Shown: positions 18,539-28,778 of the stretch, piece after piece
How positions within the stretch are numbered: the stretch's first letter is position 1
How the letters are laid out: each line of letters begins with the position of its first letter
Source of the DNA: Oligoflexales bacterium
GTDB taxonomy: Bacteria; Bdellovibrionota_B; Oligoflexia; Oligoflexales; Bog-1112
Assembly: GCA_045105515.1 (NCBI GenBank)
Contig: JBGCDR010000036.1
Span: 14,816-78,815 of the forward strand
DNA: 64,000 bases
Reading direction: 5' to 3'
The notes under the pieces: model-generated
Database searches by the model: none
Seen by the model: only the letters and a program-made list of their open reading frames with translations
Told to the model about the DNA's origin: nothing
Program-made: the position numbers and the translations under genes

Positions 18539-20875
18539 TCAGAGTCGTGATTTTGATGATGAATTATCTATTGATACTAAATAGCCCGTAAGATGATCCA
18601 AATGCGGTAGGTCTTCAAATGCTCCACCATACCATTTCTTATAGTAAAAATAATTGCGAAGGATGAGTTTTACATAATCACGAGTTTCTTTATATGGTAT
18701 GCGTTCAATAAAATAGAGAGGGTCAGAGGTGTCGAATCTTTTTCTCCATCTGCTAATAACAGTTGGCCCTGCATTATAAGCAGCTAAGCTAATGGGGATA
18801 TGGTTGTAACGGTTAAGTAGATGATTAAGGTAATGAGTTCCTAGGATAATATTGGTTTCTATCTCATATAAAGAAGATGAATTTCTACTTTTCCGGATTA
18901 ATTTTTTCTTCTTTTTATAAGAAACATAGGTCTTTCTGAGTCTCTTTGCTTCAAGCCTTGCTGTTCGCTTCATAAGCTGCATAAGGCCTCTAGCACCTGC
19001 TCCAGAAAATGCTTTAGGATTAAATACGCTTTCTTGACGAATTACCGAGAAGACAAGATCAGGATCTATTCCGATTTTGGAAGAATATAGCTCAACATTA
19101 TTAGCGTATTTTTTAGGAAATAAAATCTTTTCAATTCCATAAGGGAGGGTTTGCCTGTAATCTCTTGGAAGGTTGCTATATAACTTAATTGAATCGAGCC
19201 ATTTTCCAGCTGCATATAAAAGCAAGGCGCGCATAGTCTGCAACTGCAAGGATCCTTCGTCATCCTGAATTTCACCAATCTCACAAGCTGCTTGTTCATT
19301 TAGCCCGAGTTTGAGTAAAGTTTCTGCTCGTTTGATCTTGGTCTGAATAGGTACCGACAGAGCTGCTTGCAGAGCTTGGCTATCGAATTTGCTGGTACGG
19401 AGAGGTTGCAGTGCAAATTTCTTATTTGTATATCGCTCTACCATATAGTGGGACAGAGCTCCGTAATAGGTAGAAAAAAACTCGTTTGCAGCATACTTCC
19501 AAAATTGAATTGCCTCTCCTATTTTATTTAGCTCCATTGCAGCTCTACCCGCCCAAAAAAGAGCGAATCCTAGGCTTGAAATCTGCTTAAATTCTGGATC
19601 AAACTCTCTTCCTCTATAGATCATATCTTTTGCTAGTAGGTATGCTGCACTCCATTCACCAAGGCCAATGTGAGTTAAAAGTAATGCTCCCATAGCTTTG
19701 ATGTGGTTCTTATGTTTAGGAAAAGAGTGTATAAATTGCTGGTAGCGTTCTCGCGCTTTTTCGTAGAATTGTTCATTCTCATCAATTCTAGCCCATAAAT
19801 ATAAGGACTCAGCCTGAATTTCTTCGTCGCCTGAAATGCTACTCTTGCTCCATAGGTCTGAGACGATGGATCGTGCTTTTTGGTACTTATCTGCGTTCCA
19901 TTGGTGTTTTGCTAATTCCAGCTGGACAAAGGACCAACCTTTTTCGCCGAAAGCACGAGACATGGGTTTGGCAATGGACTTGAGAAAAACCAAGCGTGAT
20001 GATCTTCTTTTTGAGCGATAACATTTACTAATTTTTTCTATATGACCACGCACTGCGGTTAGAAGCTCCGATTTAGGATTCTCCTTCAGTGTTCTTAGCA
20101 GGGCCTTCTTTGCTGAGTAGCAATGTCTTTTTTTTGTTAGATATGAAATTTTATCCAGTTTTGATTTTGATTTTTGATCAAATGATATGTAGCGAGCCAA
20201 AGATTTTTTTAATTCAGGAAACTTGTTACTTAGGGTTCGCAATTCTGCTTCATAAAGTTTTTTTTGTCGAGATGAAAGGGAGTTCAAGAATATTCTGAGG
20301 GTATTTTTGACAGCGTTAAAATTGTTGGCCTTTTCTAAAATAAACAATAAATTGCGAGTTTTATTCTTATTATTTCTAACAAACTGTTTATCTGTGAGAT
20401 GTCTATGAATGTATTTATATGCGGGGCACGACAAACCTGATGGGTCTTTAAGAAGATTTTGAAAGTATTCGTCCTGATTTTTCCATTTCGATCTGCTATT
20501 TTTATATTTTAGTTCTAAAATATAAGGATAAAGTACATGACTATATGATTCATCTAGTTTTATGTCAAAGTGCTTACTAAGTTCATCTATTTTTTTTCTT
20601 CTATGTTCTTTTTTGGCATGGATTATACTTGCATAGTCTAAGCTTACTTGATCAAGACTACTTATGCCATTTGAAAAAGGAGCTTGGCTTTTTTTTGAAG
20701 TATCATGGACTTGCAACCATTCTTCTAGTTCTTTATCATTGGCAATGCTTTGGTGCACTGCTTCTACCATTTGGTAGCGCTCAGGTAAAATGGTAGCAAA
20801 CATCGTTTTCGAAATTGCCAGAGTAAATAACAGCAAGCATATTTTAAGTAGTTCCTGCATGCAAACCAACCGCAT
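18539..20875 (-). CDS. Soluble lytic transglycosylase (Slt70-like) with helical/TPR N-terminus
   Basis: VIRQESVF, GARGLMQLM, AAYNAGP and IPYKETRDYVK; signal peptide. Confidence 0.9.
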   Translation of the reverse strand: MRLVCMQELLKICLLLFTLAISKTMFATILPERYQMVEAVHQSIANDKELEEWLQVHDTSKKSQAPFSNGISSLDQVSLDYASIIHAKKEHRRKKIDELSKHFDIKLDESYSHVLYPYILELKYKNSRSKWKNQDEYFQNLLKDPSGLSCPAYKYIHRHLTDKQFVRNNKNKTRNLLFILEKANNFNAVKNTLRIFLNSLSSRQKKLYEAELRTLSNKFPELKKSLARYISFDQKSKSKLDKISYLTKKRHCYSAKKALLRTLKENPKSELLTAVRGHIEKISKCYRSKRRSSRLVFLKSIAKPMSRAFGEKGWSFVQLELAKHQWNADKYQKARSIVSDLWSKSSISGDEEIQAESLYLWARIDENEQFYEKARERYQQFIHSFPKHKNHIKAMGALLLTHIGLGEWSAAYLLAKDMIYRGREFDPEFKQISSLGFALFWAGRAAMELNKIGEAIQFWKYAANEFFSTYYGALSHYMVERYTNKKFALQPLRTSKFDSQALQAALSVPIQTKIKRAETLLKLGLNEQAACEIGEIQDDEGSLQLQTMRALLLYAAGKWLDSIKLYSNLPRDYRQTLPYGIEKILFPKKYANNVELYSSKIGIDPDLVFSVIRQESVFNPKAFSGAGARGLMQLMKRTARLEAKRLRKTYVSYKKKKKLIRKSRNSSSLYEIETNIILGTHYLNHLLNRYNHIPISLAAYNAGPTVISRWRKRFDTSDPLYFIERIPYKETRDYVKLILRNYFYYKKWYGGAFEDLPHLDHLTGYLVSIDNSSSKSRL

Positions 20876-20899
20876 TTTAAATTGATTGAACGAAATACC

Positions 20900-22276
20900 T
20901 TAGAGAAAATCTAGACTATCATCATCATCATCGTCATCTTCTATCTCATCGTCAAATTCATCAATCATCGAAGGACGAACATTGTCACCTTTTGATGAGA
21001 GGGTGAAATCAAGGCCAATACTCTCATCAACATTCTCATCAACGTTCTCACTAGTTTCCGATGGGAGACTAGGAATAGCAAACTCTGGGGGGACTCCCTT
21101 ACCTAATTTACCTGCCAAATCTGTGTAGCTTCGTTTAGCTTTTTCAAAACTATCATCCATCCTGATTGCTTTTTCTAAGCAGTTCAATGCCTCAGGGTTT
21201 TTTTGCCAACGCCGGTAGCCGATACCTTTGTTAAAAAGGAGTCTTGCTGCTATCTTATTGTCTTCTTTGATAGCCGTTAGAGCAGAATCATATAGTTCCA
21301 TACCTTGCTGGTATTTTCCTTTGCGCATTGTAAACACTGCCGAAGAGTTGAAAACTGAAGCTAATTCTCTTGGTGACTCGATTGAGTTCAATAGATCTAA
21401 GGCTTCATTGACTTCCCCTTCCAGTAGCAGACACTGTCCCTCGCCTTTAAGAGCTTCTTGATTGTCTGGTGCAAGACCTCTTGCTTCTTGAAATACACTT
21501 TTCGCTTCACCAATTTCATCACAATTAATAAGAACTTTACCTAATTGAAGTAAGCGATCAACATTAAAGGGGTTGATAAGTTTTGCTTTTTTCAAAGACT
21601 CGCTTGCTTCTTTGAATTTACCAATCTTCATTCTACATCTACTGAGTAATTGTAATGCTCGGATATAGGGGGGGTCAAGGTACTCAATAGGTTCTAACAA
21701 GGACAAAGCTTGTTCCCACTGGTTGGCATAAATGCGGTTTACAGCTAATTCAGCTGCAACTTTGGGGTTGTTTGGGAGCTTTTTCTGTAAGCCTTCTAGC
21801 AGACTTGTCGCTCCATCCCAATCGCCCGCACTCCTATTCTTATTAACTTTACTAAGAATGTTACGCAGCGGACCATTGTAGCCTTCATCCTGGGCAATCA
21901 TTTTAAGTAGCTCTAGAATTTTTTTGATACTTATTTCACCGGCATGAAGTTTACTAACATGGTATTCATAGCTTACCCCAACAAGATGTTTTGATACTGA
22001 ATTGGCAATTAAAAGAATTGGTCTAGTTTCGATTTTTTGTGACTTAGCTGACTTTTCTAGAGTTTCAACAATTGCCTCTGGACCCAGTTCCCAATCTAGG
22101 ATTAGCAAAGATCGGTCATTCTTACTTATTTCTTCGGTAGCCAAATCGCTGTTAGCAACGGGAATAATTTTAATTGCAGAGGAAAATTTTTTAACGGCTT
22201 CTCTAACCGCATCCCTTATTTCCATCCTTGAGCTAAAGAAGATGATTTCGGTGAAAGGCGGCTTTGGCACGGCCAT
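20900..22276 (-). CDS. Receiver-like domain plus TPR protein with an acidic tail
   Basis: LLILDWELG and PILLIA REC strands, multiple TPRs, C-terminal poly-Asp. Confidence 0.7.
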   Translation of the reverse strand: MAVPKPPFTEIIFFSSRMEIRDAVREAVKKFSSAIKIIPVANSDLATEEISKNDRSLLILDWELGPEAIVETLEKSAKSQKIETRPILLIANSVSKHLVGVSYEYHVSKLHAGEISIKKILELLKMIAQDEGYNGPLRNILSKVNKNRSAGDWDGATSLLEGLQKKLPNNPKVAAELAVNRIYANQWEQALSLLEPIEYLDPPYIRALQLLSRCRMKIGKFKEASESLKKAKLINPFNVDRLLQLGKVLINCDEIGEAKSVFQEARGLAPDNQEALKGEGQCLLLEGEVNEALDLLNSIESPRELASVFNSSAVFTMRKGKYQQGMELYDSALTAIKEDNKIAARLLFNKGIGYRRWQKNPEALNCLEKAIRMDDSFEKAKRSYTDLAGKLGKGVPPEFAIPSLPSETSENVDENVDESIGLDFTLSSKGDNVRPSMIDEFDDEIEDDDDDDDSLDFL

Positions 22277-22286
22277 TTTTGTGTCC

Positions 22287-22940
22287 TTAAACTTGCCCGA
22301 TTTCTATTTGAGGGGCGTAAGAGGGCTCTTTACTTGCTGATAATATTGATATTTGGAGGTTTTCAGCTTCTAAAACCATTTCCTTCAGAAGTGGTTCGAT
22401 GCGATTAAGAAGAAGATGAGCACAATGTTTCCAATTCCCTTTTTTAATTGAGTTATCCAATTCTTTGAGTGGTCTCGCTATGAGTCGCGCAAGCCCATTT
22501 ACTGGTGCCATTTCTTTTTGGCTGTAGTCCATAATACCATTTATGTGATTTATAAGCTCGAGAATGAGAGCTAGGTCGTTTGAGGTATCTACAACTTGTT
22601 TCAAGCCGATTTCTGAACTTTCCTCCCAGCACTCCACTGCTATTCGCTTTAACCTTTTTTCGATAGCATGAGCTAGATCCCTGATAGCATCTAATGTTTT
22701 AATTGATAAGTCCCATGGAGATTCAATCTGGACTTCTAGATTGCATGACTCATTGAGACTTGCCAGACTTAACTCCTCCCTACTTGCATCAATCATATCG
22801 GTACCGTTTAGGTAGATTTTTGTTAAGATTGAGTTTTTTGGAATCAAGGTGTCTTCTATCCACGACAGTGCATCATTCAAATTTTGTATAGGTACGGGGA
22901 CAGGTATTTCTTTGTTGCCGACTACTATTTTTTTTAGCAT
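22287..22940 (-). CDS. Hypothetical protein (short beta N-terminal domain plus helical bundle)
   Basis: Long ORF within an operon; ATG 22940 (MLKKIVVG) preferred as start. Confidence 0.6.
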   Translation of the reverse strand: MLKKIVVGNKEIPVPVPIQNLNDALSWIEDTLIPKNSILTKIYLNGTDMIDASREELSLASLNESCNLEVQIESPWDLSIKTLDAIRDLAHAIEKRLKRIAVECWEESSEIGLKQVVDTSNDLALILELINHINGIMDYSQKEMAPVNGLARLIARPLKELDNSIKKGNWKHCAHLLLNRIEPLLKEMVLEAENLQISILSASKEPSYAPQIEIGQV

Positions 22941-22965
22941 ATTTGCCTCTTGGCTTTGAGTTGGA

Positions 22966-24840
22966 TTACCCAACTGATGGTTCAACAGATCTTTTTTCGA
23001 TTGCTCGTTTGGCTTGCTTTACCAATGACTGAGCTCGAGCATCCATAGGGTTTGTATTTATTATAGCAGCTAAGCTTTCTATAACATCTTCATATTTGCT
23101 AGTTTTATAAAGTACTCCTGCGAGGGTATAAATCATATTCTGATCATGAGGGTGAAGCTTTAAATAGGTGCTAAGCACTACTTCCAAGTCATCATAAATT
23201 TCGCTTTCTCCGGCAATTTTTACTAAGGTATAAATAGCTGCAGTGTTTTCAGGATTGATTTCGAGGGCCTTACATACCCATTTTTGTGCTTCTTTTAATT
23301 CATCTAGGCCGTGGAAAGAAAGTCCGAGGCCAAGATTTGCCATCTCATCATTCGGAGCTAAACTAACAGCCCTTTGAAAATGGATCACCCCAATGTCATA
23401 ATTTGCCTTAGTTAAGCTAATTGTTCCAAGGCCAATATGGGCTTTCGGCGAATATTCATCAAGCTCAATGGCCTGAACATAAGCGTTTTTTCCCGATTCA
23501 CGGTCACCTAGCTTGGTGAAACAGTCTCCTATCAGCCGATAAAGATTTGCTTGATGGTGGCTGGGAATTGACTCATTTTGTTCAAATATTTTTTCTATTA
23601 GGTTAATCCCAGCAATATATTGTTTTGAGCTAATCTTATTTTCCACGAGCTCTACCTGCTCATCGATTGCACTTTGTTTGATTTGAGGTGGAATCGTCAT
23701 TAGGTTGTTCAAGGATTCTAGCATCGATTTAGTGACAAAATCTGTGCTATGGCTAGCTATAATCTTTGAAGAGTTTTTGTGAACAATATTATGGACAATC
23801 TTTTTTGAATAAACCAATTTTTTAATTGAGTTTGCGATGCTATTTGCATTGCCATTACAGTAATCTAATCGGTGTTTACTTAAGAACTCTTCTCCTAAGG
23901 GTGTTCTTGGAGCAATCACAGGGATACCATGAGCCATTGCAGAAAATATTCGAAAAGGGTCACCATCGATACGATCTCTAGCTGGGAAGCCACCTATGTA
24001 AATAGCATCTGCAGCTTGAACCAGAGTGAGATAGCTATCGCGACTGGGAGCAAGATATAGAATGTCAGCGTCTATGCCCAATTTTACTGAACGTTGTTTA
24101 ACTTCGTTTGCAAAGGAGCCTATTCCACAGATAGCTAGTTTAAGTCGATGCTTCAGAGAGTTATCAGCATCTTTGGATATTTTAATTCCATGTAAGAGTT
24201 CAAGTAAGCCCTCTTCCCACTCTACTTGTCCATTGAATACAATTAAAATATCACGTTCCGGAAGAGATAAAGCCTTCAATGCCTCTCTCTTATGTTCTTT
24301 ATCGCGCATCTCTCTGTGTTGAATCCAGCAAGGCCAGGTATGAATTTTTTCTTCAGATATCCCCTCTGTTATCAGGGTCGTTTTGGCTGCTTTACTTTGC
24401 ACAATAAAGCCATCCGCTGCATCCGTAACTTCGTTACGAATGCTTCGTATCCTTTGGACGTCATCAGCTGGGAAAATAGTAAGATTATCTATGATAACCA
24501 ATAAATGAAATCTAAATCGCAATTTTGCTCTTACTGCTTGAAATGCATAGATTCCTAAACGCTCTTTAATAATTACAGTATCAAATTTTTCAAGAACTTT
24601 TTCTAGTCCAGGTAGAAAAGTTGTATCTTCATCATGATCAGGTAAGGGAATACATTTAAGGTCTTTAAAAAAGCTGTTTTTTAGCAAAAAACCAATGATA
24701 GACTCAGAGCTTATAACTGATATCTCAAAACTATTCTTTAGCAACTGTAGTTGATCTATTTCTTCAGTAGAAGGCAATGTTCCATAAACAAAAGCAATAT
24801 TAGATATCTCAGATTTAGCCTGACTCATAGAATTCTCCAA
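22966..24840 (-). CDS. GT-B (GT4-like) glycosyltransferase domain fused to C-terminal TPRs
   Basis: FNGQVEWEEG, LAICGIG and AMAHGIPVIA motifs, followed by several TPRs (KAHIGLG, MANLGLG). Confidence 0.7.
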   Translation of the reverse strand: MENSMSQAKSEISNIAFVYGTLPSTEEIDQLQLLKNSFEISVISSESIIGFLLKNSFFKDLKCIPLPDHDEDTTFLPGLEKVLEKFDTVIIKERLGIYAFQAVRAKLRFRFHLLVIIDNLTIFPADDVQRIRSIRNEVTDAADGFIVQSKAAKTTLITEGISEEKIHTWPCWIQHREMRDKEHKREALKALSLPERDILIVFNGQVEWEEGLLELLHGIKISKDADNSLKHRLKLAICGIGSFANEVKQRSVKLGIDADILYLAPSRDSYLTLVQAADAIYIGGFPARDRIDGDPFRIFSAMAHGIPVIAPRTPLGEEFLSKHRLDYCNGNANSIANSIKKLVYSKKIVHNIVHKNSSKIIASHSTDFVTKSMLESLNNLMTIPPQIKQSAIDEQVELVENKISSKQYIAGINLIEKIFEQNESIPSHHQANLYRLIGDCFTKLGDRESGKNAYVQAIELDEYSPKAHIGLGTISLTKANYDIGVIHFQRAVSLAPNDEMANLGLGLSFHGLDELKEAQKWVCKALEINPENTAAIYTLVKIAGESEIYDDLEVVLSTYLKLHPHDQNMIYTLAGVLYKTSKYEDVIESLAAIINTNPMDARAQSLVKQAKRAIEKRSVEPSVG

Positions 24841-24846
24841 CAGATC

Positions 24847-25221
24847 CTAGATGGATCGGGCGAAAGTGTTTTGGTTTTGAGATTGAGAACGATATTTAGA
24901 AATCCTAGACTTTTCCTTTTTTATTTTTCCAAGTTGATCTGCGTACCTTTTTTTGTACTTTTTCAATAACATACTAATTTGCATTTCTTGAGATTCGATC
25001 TGTTCCCACATCATTCTCGCAGTCTCTGACTTATAGTACTCACCAAGATTTTCATGCGTAAGGCTGTCAGCGGCTCGGTAGTTAAGAAATGCTGCTTTTC
25101 TATTACGCAATTCTATAGAAGCTTTTTCCCAATTATTAAGCTCAAGTTGTTCAATCGCAGCTTTTCCCCGCGCTATGTAAAATTGTAAAGCAGTTTCTAA
25201 TTGCTTTAAGAAATTATCCAT
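24847..25221 (-). CDS. Small helical protein, FliT/FlgN-like chaperone candidate
   Basis: 124 aa, all-alpha, W...R pattern (NWEKASIELRNRK) and basic C-terminus with a KY motif. Confidence 0.4.
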   Translation of the reverse strand: MDNFLKQLETALQFYIARGKAAIEQLELNNWEKASIELRNRKAAFLNYRAADSLTHENLGEYYKSETARMMWEQIESQEMQISMLLKKYKKRYADQLGKIKKEKSRISKYRSQSQNQNTFARSI

Positions 25222-25265
25222 ATAAAAAAAACCACGAAATGATCGGTTTTCTAAGTTCTTTCTAT

Positions 25266-25294
25266 ATTTTAGGAAATACTCAGGTTGCTGTCAA
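25266..25294 (-). promoter_or_regulatory. sigma70 promoter of the 25221-18539 operon
   Basis: Minus-strand TTGACA-N17-TAAAAT, 44 bp before ATG 25221. Confidence 0.7.
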
Positions 25295-25416
25295 AGTGCT
25301 TAAATTCAGAATATTCCATAAAACTCTGAAAGTATGAACATTAATTGAACTGAGTCATGTTGATTTGACATTATAAAAGGAAGCATTTACCTAGGTAATA
25401 AATGTAGAATGATTAT

Positions 25417-26346
25417 CTAAAGAAACGTGACCTTTGGCTGAGGTGTGAGAGGACCTTGTACCTTGATATTTACTTTCCCCTTTGTTTCTCTTTGAGCTAA
25501 TGCATCAAAAATAATTCCAAACTGTTCTTGTAGGGGCGCAGCTAACTCGATATTCAGACTAAAATCAATGGTCGAGCGCATAAGTTGTGGTTTTTGAGTT
25601 ACTTTCCCAGATATGTCAACCATAAGATCTTGGGAAGTAAAGCCTGACTTTTTTGAAATTGTGAAGACACCGTTTTTCAGTTTGGAATCGATAAGAGCTT
25701 TGGTGAATACTTGATCTGGGATTGGAAGGTTTGGATTTAAGCTTTTTAGGACAGTGTTTTGTAGTTCTACCACAGCAGTTCCTTCAGAGCTTTTAAGATC
25801 GCCTGAGTCGATACTTAGATCAATATCTGCATCTAACTGTCCATCCACGTCGACACTCTCAAGCCATGGTTTTAGCATTAGATTTACTCCAGGTGCCTGA
25901 GCTTGCCTATTCAAGGCAAAATCCACCAACTGGCCGAAGAGAAACTTTCTCGATTCCATATATATGTTTGAAGGCATATAGATACCCTTGATTATATCCA
26001 GAATACTGAGCGCTACCTCACAATCTAAATGCCCATTCTTGGAATCCTCCAATGATAAGTCCACTCTTGCTTTGCCGAGGAAAAAAGAAAGGAAGCTTAA
26101 GCTGACCACTGCAGACTTGAACCTGAGTTGATAGTCTGTGCTAGCTACCTTAATCTCCTTTCCCTTAAACCCTAATGGGAAACTTGGGCCTAGCTCGCCA
26201 ATCTCAAGCGAAAGTCCTGTCGCTTCGGAGGCCTTTAAGATTGCTGTCTCTTTTAAAACCTCATAGGGGAATGTTAGATAAAGGAAAAAAATAAAACTAC
26301 TTATGGCTAAAACTATATAGGCTATCAATTTGCCAAAATTTTTCAT
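25417..26346 (-). CDS. gspN: Type II secretion protein GspN (deltaproteobacterial type)
   Basis: N-terminal TM with FLYLTFPY and a beta-rich AsmA-like body; last gene of the gsp cluster. Confidence 0.75.
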   Translation of the reverse strand: MKNFGKLIAYIVLAISSFIFFLYLTFPYEVLKETAILKASEATGLSLEIGELGPSFPLGFKGKEIKVASTDYQLRFKSAVVSLSFLSFFLGKARVDLSLEDSKNGHLDCEVALSILDIIKGIYMPSNIYMESRKFLFGQLVDFALNRQAQAPGVNLMLKPWLESVDVDGQLDADIDLSIDSGDLKSSEGTAVVELQNTVLKSLNPNLPIPDQVFTKALIDSKLKNGVFTISKKSGFTSQDLMVDISGKVTQKPQLMRSTIDFSLNIELAAPLQEQFGIIFDALAQRETKGKVNIKVQGPLTPQPKVTFL

Positions 26347-26358
26347 ATCCTACCTTTT

Positions 26359-27003
26359 TTAACGTGTCACCTTATAGCCTCGGACTAGTACATCTACATC
26401 AAAGTAAAGTTTATTACCGTAAATCCCTGTGATCTTCAAATTTTGCACACGCAAATAGTGGTTGGCCTTTTCAATATCTACCAAAAAGTTTAACAAGCGA
26501 GGGATGGAGACCTTAGCTAGCTTTAAATCTACATGTACTTCTTGCATTCTTGCTGACAGCGGGTTTTGTGGATCCATTTCAGGTTGTCGATCAGAAATGC
26601 TTTTCAATGGAATTTTTGACTGGCGAGAAAGTCGTTCAAAGAAAGGTTTAAAAGTGATGCTTCTTGTCCGGCTTTTAACTTTGTCGATAAGTTTATCAAA
26701 TCTAGCACCTTCCCTAGCATCCTCATATGATAGGCTCTTCAATTCATTTAGCGCATTGAAAGTTAGGTTTAGTTCATCTTTTAGCGCTTTTACCTGGTAA
26801 AAGTAAATAAAAACAGCAGCAAGAATAAAGGTTGATATAAAACCAACTATGATTGCTAAGAGGCCATTGCGATAGCCAGGATCAAGCTTGTAGAAACTAT
26901 CCATTACAAATTCTAGACGCTCATTGTTTACGCCCAGAATTTTTTCTTTGATTATTTTAAGATAGGAGTCTAACCTTTCTTTTATATCTGTAATAGCACT
27001 CAT
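26359..27003 (-). CDS. gspM: Type II secretion protein GspM-like
   Basis: Single TM, coiled coil and ferredoxin-like C-terminus (LLNFLVDIE...LRVQNLKI); lies between gspL and gspN. Confidence 0.7.
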   Translation of the reverse strand: MSAITDIKERLDSYLKIIKEKILGVNNERLEFVMDSFYKLDPGYRNGLLAIIVGFISTFILAAVFIYFYQVKALKDELNLTFNALNELKSLSYEDAREGARFDKLIDKVKSRTRSITFKPFFERLSRQSKIPLKSISDRQPEMDPQNPLSARMQEVHVDLKLAKVSIPRLLNFLVDIEKANHYLRVQNLKITGIYGNKLYFDVDVLVRGYKVTR

Positions 27004-27011
27004 GAAAAAAC

Positions 27012-28676
27012 CTACAAGGATTCTCTGGATAGTCCAGGGTTATAGTCTGCCTCAACCACAGCAACAATGATTTCTGTTCCTGGTTTTGAATCAGACGATT
27101 TTTCGTTTATCTCAGCAAGACTAGAAATTGATTTTAAGGACTGCTCAAATTTCGCAATAGTATCATAAGAATCAGCTTCGACTCTAATACGGATTTTTCC
27201 AGTTCCATCAGCTTTAGTTTCGAAACGATATTCTACCATGTTGACTTGAACATCTTTTGGAACGGCTTTGCTGAGATCTTGTAAGGCTACTAAGGCTCCA
27301 CTATCAGAGTTTAAATCAACAAACCCTTCAGTTGCAGCTTTTTTGCGGGCGATCCTATCACGCAACTCTGTACTAGCATCTCGGCGGATAATACTGAAAT
27401 CATAGCGACCAGAACGGAATTTTTTCTTGAGATCAGGAACAGAAGAGAAAAGTTCTTTTTTGTAAACGGATTGCAGTTCTTTAATTTGCTTACTGTAAGA
27501 GAAATACTTGATAGCATAACTAAAAGATAATAATAATAATGCTACAGCCACAATTTTAAAAACTGCTCCAGCTGCTTTAAAAACGGATTCGTAATCCTGT
27601 ATATATGCAAAGGGACCTTTTCTCAAATTTATTTGTGAGTGTCTCTTTACTGATGTTACAGCTCTGATTCCAATGGAAATACTCTGTGACATAGAAGGCA
27701 TTTGATCAGCAAGCTGTTCATTGATTTTAAGACTGGATTGCTCGAGTCGGTTATGGACGGTTTCGACCTCTAAATTTGTAGTTAAATAATTGTCGAAATT
27801 CTTGATTACCGAAGATCCGCCCGATAAATAAATACGTTCTATGGGCGATTTTTCCCAAGTCTTGAAAGCGTAAAGCGTCCTTCCTAGCTCTTTGACTATG
27901 GCATTACTAGCGATAGTAATCCTATCTGCAACTGTTTGGTCTTCTGCTGACATTTCACTACCTGCATCCTGCTCGGTTAGCATTCTGCTTACTCTATGTT
28001 TTACTCGTTGAGCCTCATTGAAGCTTACCTCGAGATCACGAGCCAGGAACTCAGTGATGTAGCGACCACCTAAATTTATTGACCTAAACATCCTCAGAAC
28101 ACCGTCTTGGACAAGGCAAACGGAGGTTTTTTCATGCCCTACATCTACTAAACCATAGCACTTACCTACTTCCATTTCTAAATAGGGGCATAGGTTATAA
28201 AACGCTAGACTGTCCACATCGACAACTTTTGGATCTATATCAATACGATGCAAATGTTCAAGGAAACTAGCAAGAAATGCTTTCTTGGTCATGACCACCA
28301 ATGCCACTGTTTTTTGGCTCATTTGTCCAAGAATTTGGTGATCAACGATCATTTCATCAAGGTTGAAAGGGACGGCATCCTCTATTTCTGCAAATACTGC
28401 AGCTTCGATCTTATGAGGATCCGAGAAGTTAAAAGGCAATATTCTGCTTGAAATATACTGTCCCGGCATAGCAGTTACAATCCGGTCAGCTTTTAGCTCG
28501 TTCTCCTGAAACAATTGTTCCATACAAGCAGGGAGCATTACATCCGGTGATAGTTCGTCAACTTGAGGAATGACGTTTTCATAGAAATTTGAAATTTCAT
28601 AAGATTTGTACTTATTGACTATTTCTACGGCCTTAATAGAGTAGCTACCAATATCGAGGCCGATAATCTTCTGCAT
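27012..28676 (-). CDS. gspL: GspL, PilM/PilN-like form (actin-fold domain, TM, periplasmic domain)
   Basis: IGLDIGSYSIK, LVDVGHEKT, YLSGGSS and INLRKG, then a TM and a PilN-like domain. Confidence 0.8.
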   Translation of the reverse strand: MQKIIGLDIGSYSIKAVEIVNKYKSYEISNFYENVIPQVDELSPDVMLPACMEQLFQENELKADRIVTAMPGQYISSRILPFNFSDPHKIEAAVFAEIEDAVPFNLDEMIVDHQILGQMSQKTVALVVMTKKAFLASFLEHLHRIDIDPKVVDVDSLAFYNLCPYLEMEVGKCYGLVDVGHEKTSVCLVQDGVLRMFRSINLGGRYITEFLARDLEVSFNEAQRVKHRVSRMLTEQDAGSEMSAEDQTVADRITIASNAIVKELGRTLYAFKTWEKSPIERIYLSGGSSVIKNFDNYLTTNLEVETVHNRLEQSSLKINEQLADQMPSMSQSISIGIRAVTSVKRHSQINLRKGPFAYIQDYESVFKAAGAVFKIVAVALLLLSFSYAIKYFSYSKQIKELQSVYKKELFSSVPDLKKKFRSGRYDFSIIRRDASTELRDRIARKKAATEGFVDLNSDSGALVALQDLSKAVPKDVQVNMVEYRFETKADGTGKIRIRVEADSYDTIAKFEQSLKSISSLAEINEKSSDSKPGTEIIVAVVEADYNPGLSRESL

Positions 28677-28778
28677 ACGTTTTCCTTACTTAAAGTCAGC
28701 ACTTAAGAGCTAATTCTATGAGTTCTTAATTTTTTTTTCAGTTTCACCTTAAGTGTCAAAAGGGCAGTAAACCAAAAA

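Noticed and set aside
25383..25405. Imperfect palindrome GCATTTACCTAGGTAATAAATGT after gspN
   Set aside because: It is AT-rich and interrupted, and I cannot distinguish a weak terminator or operator from chance.
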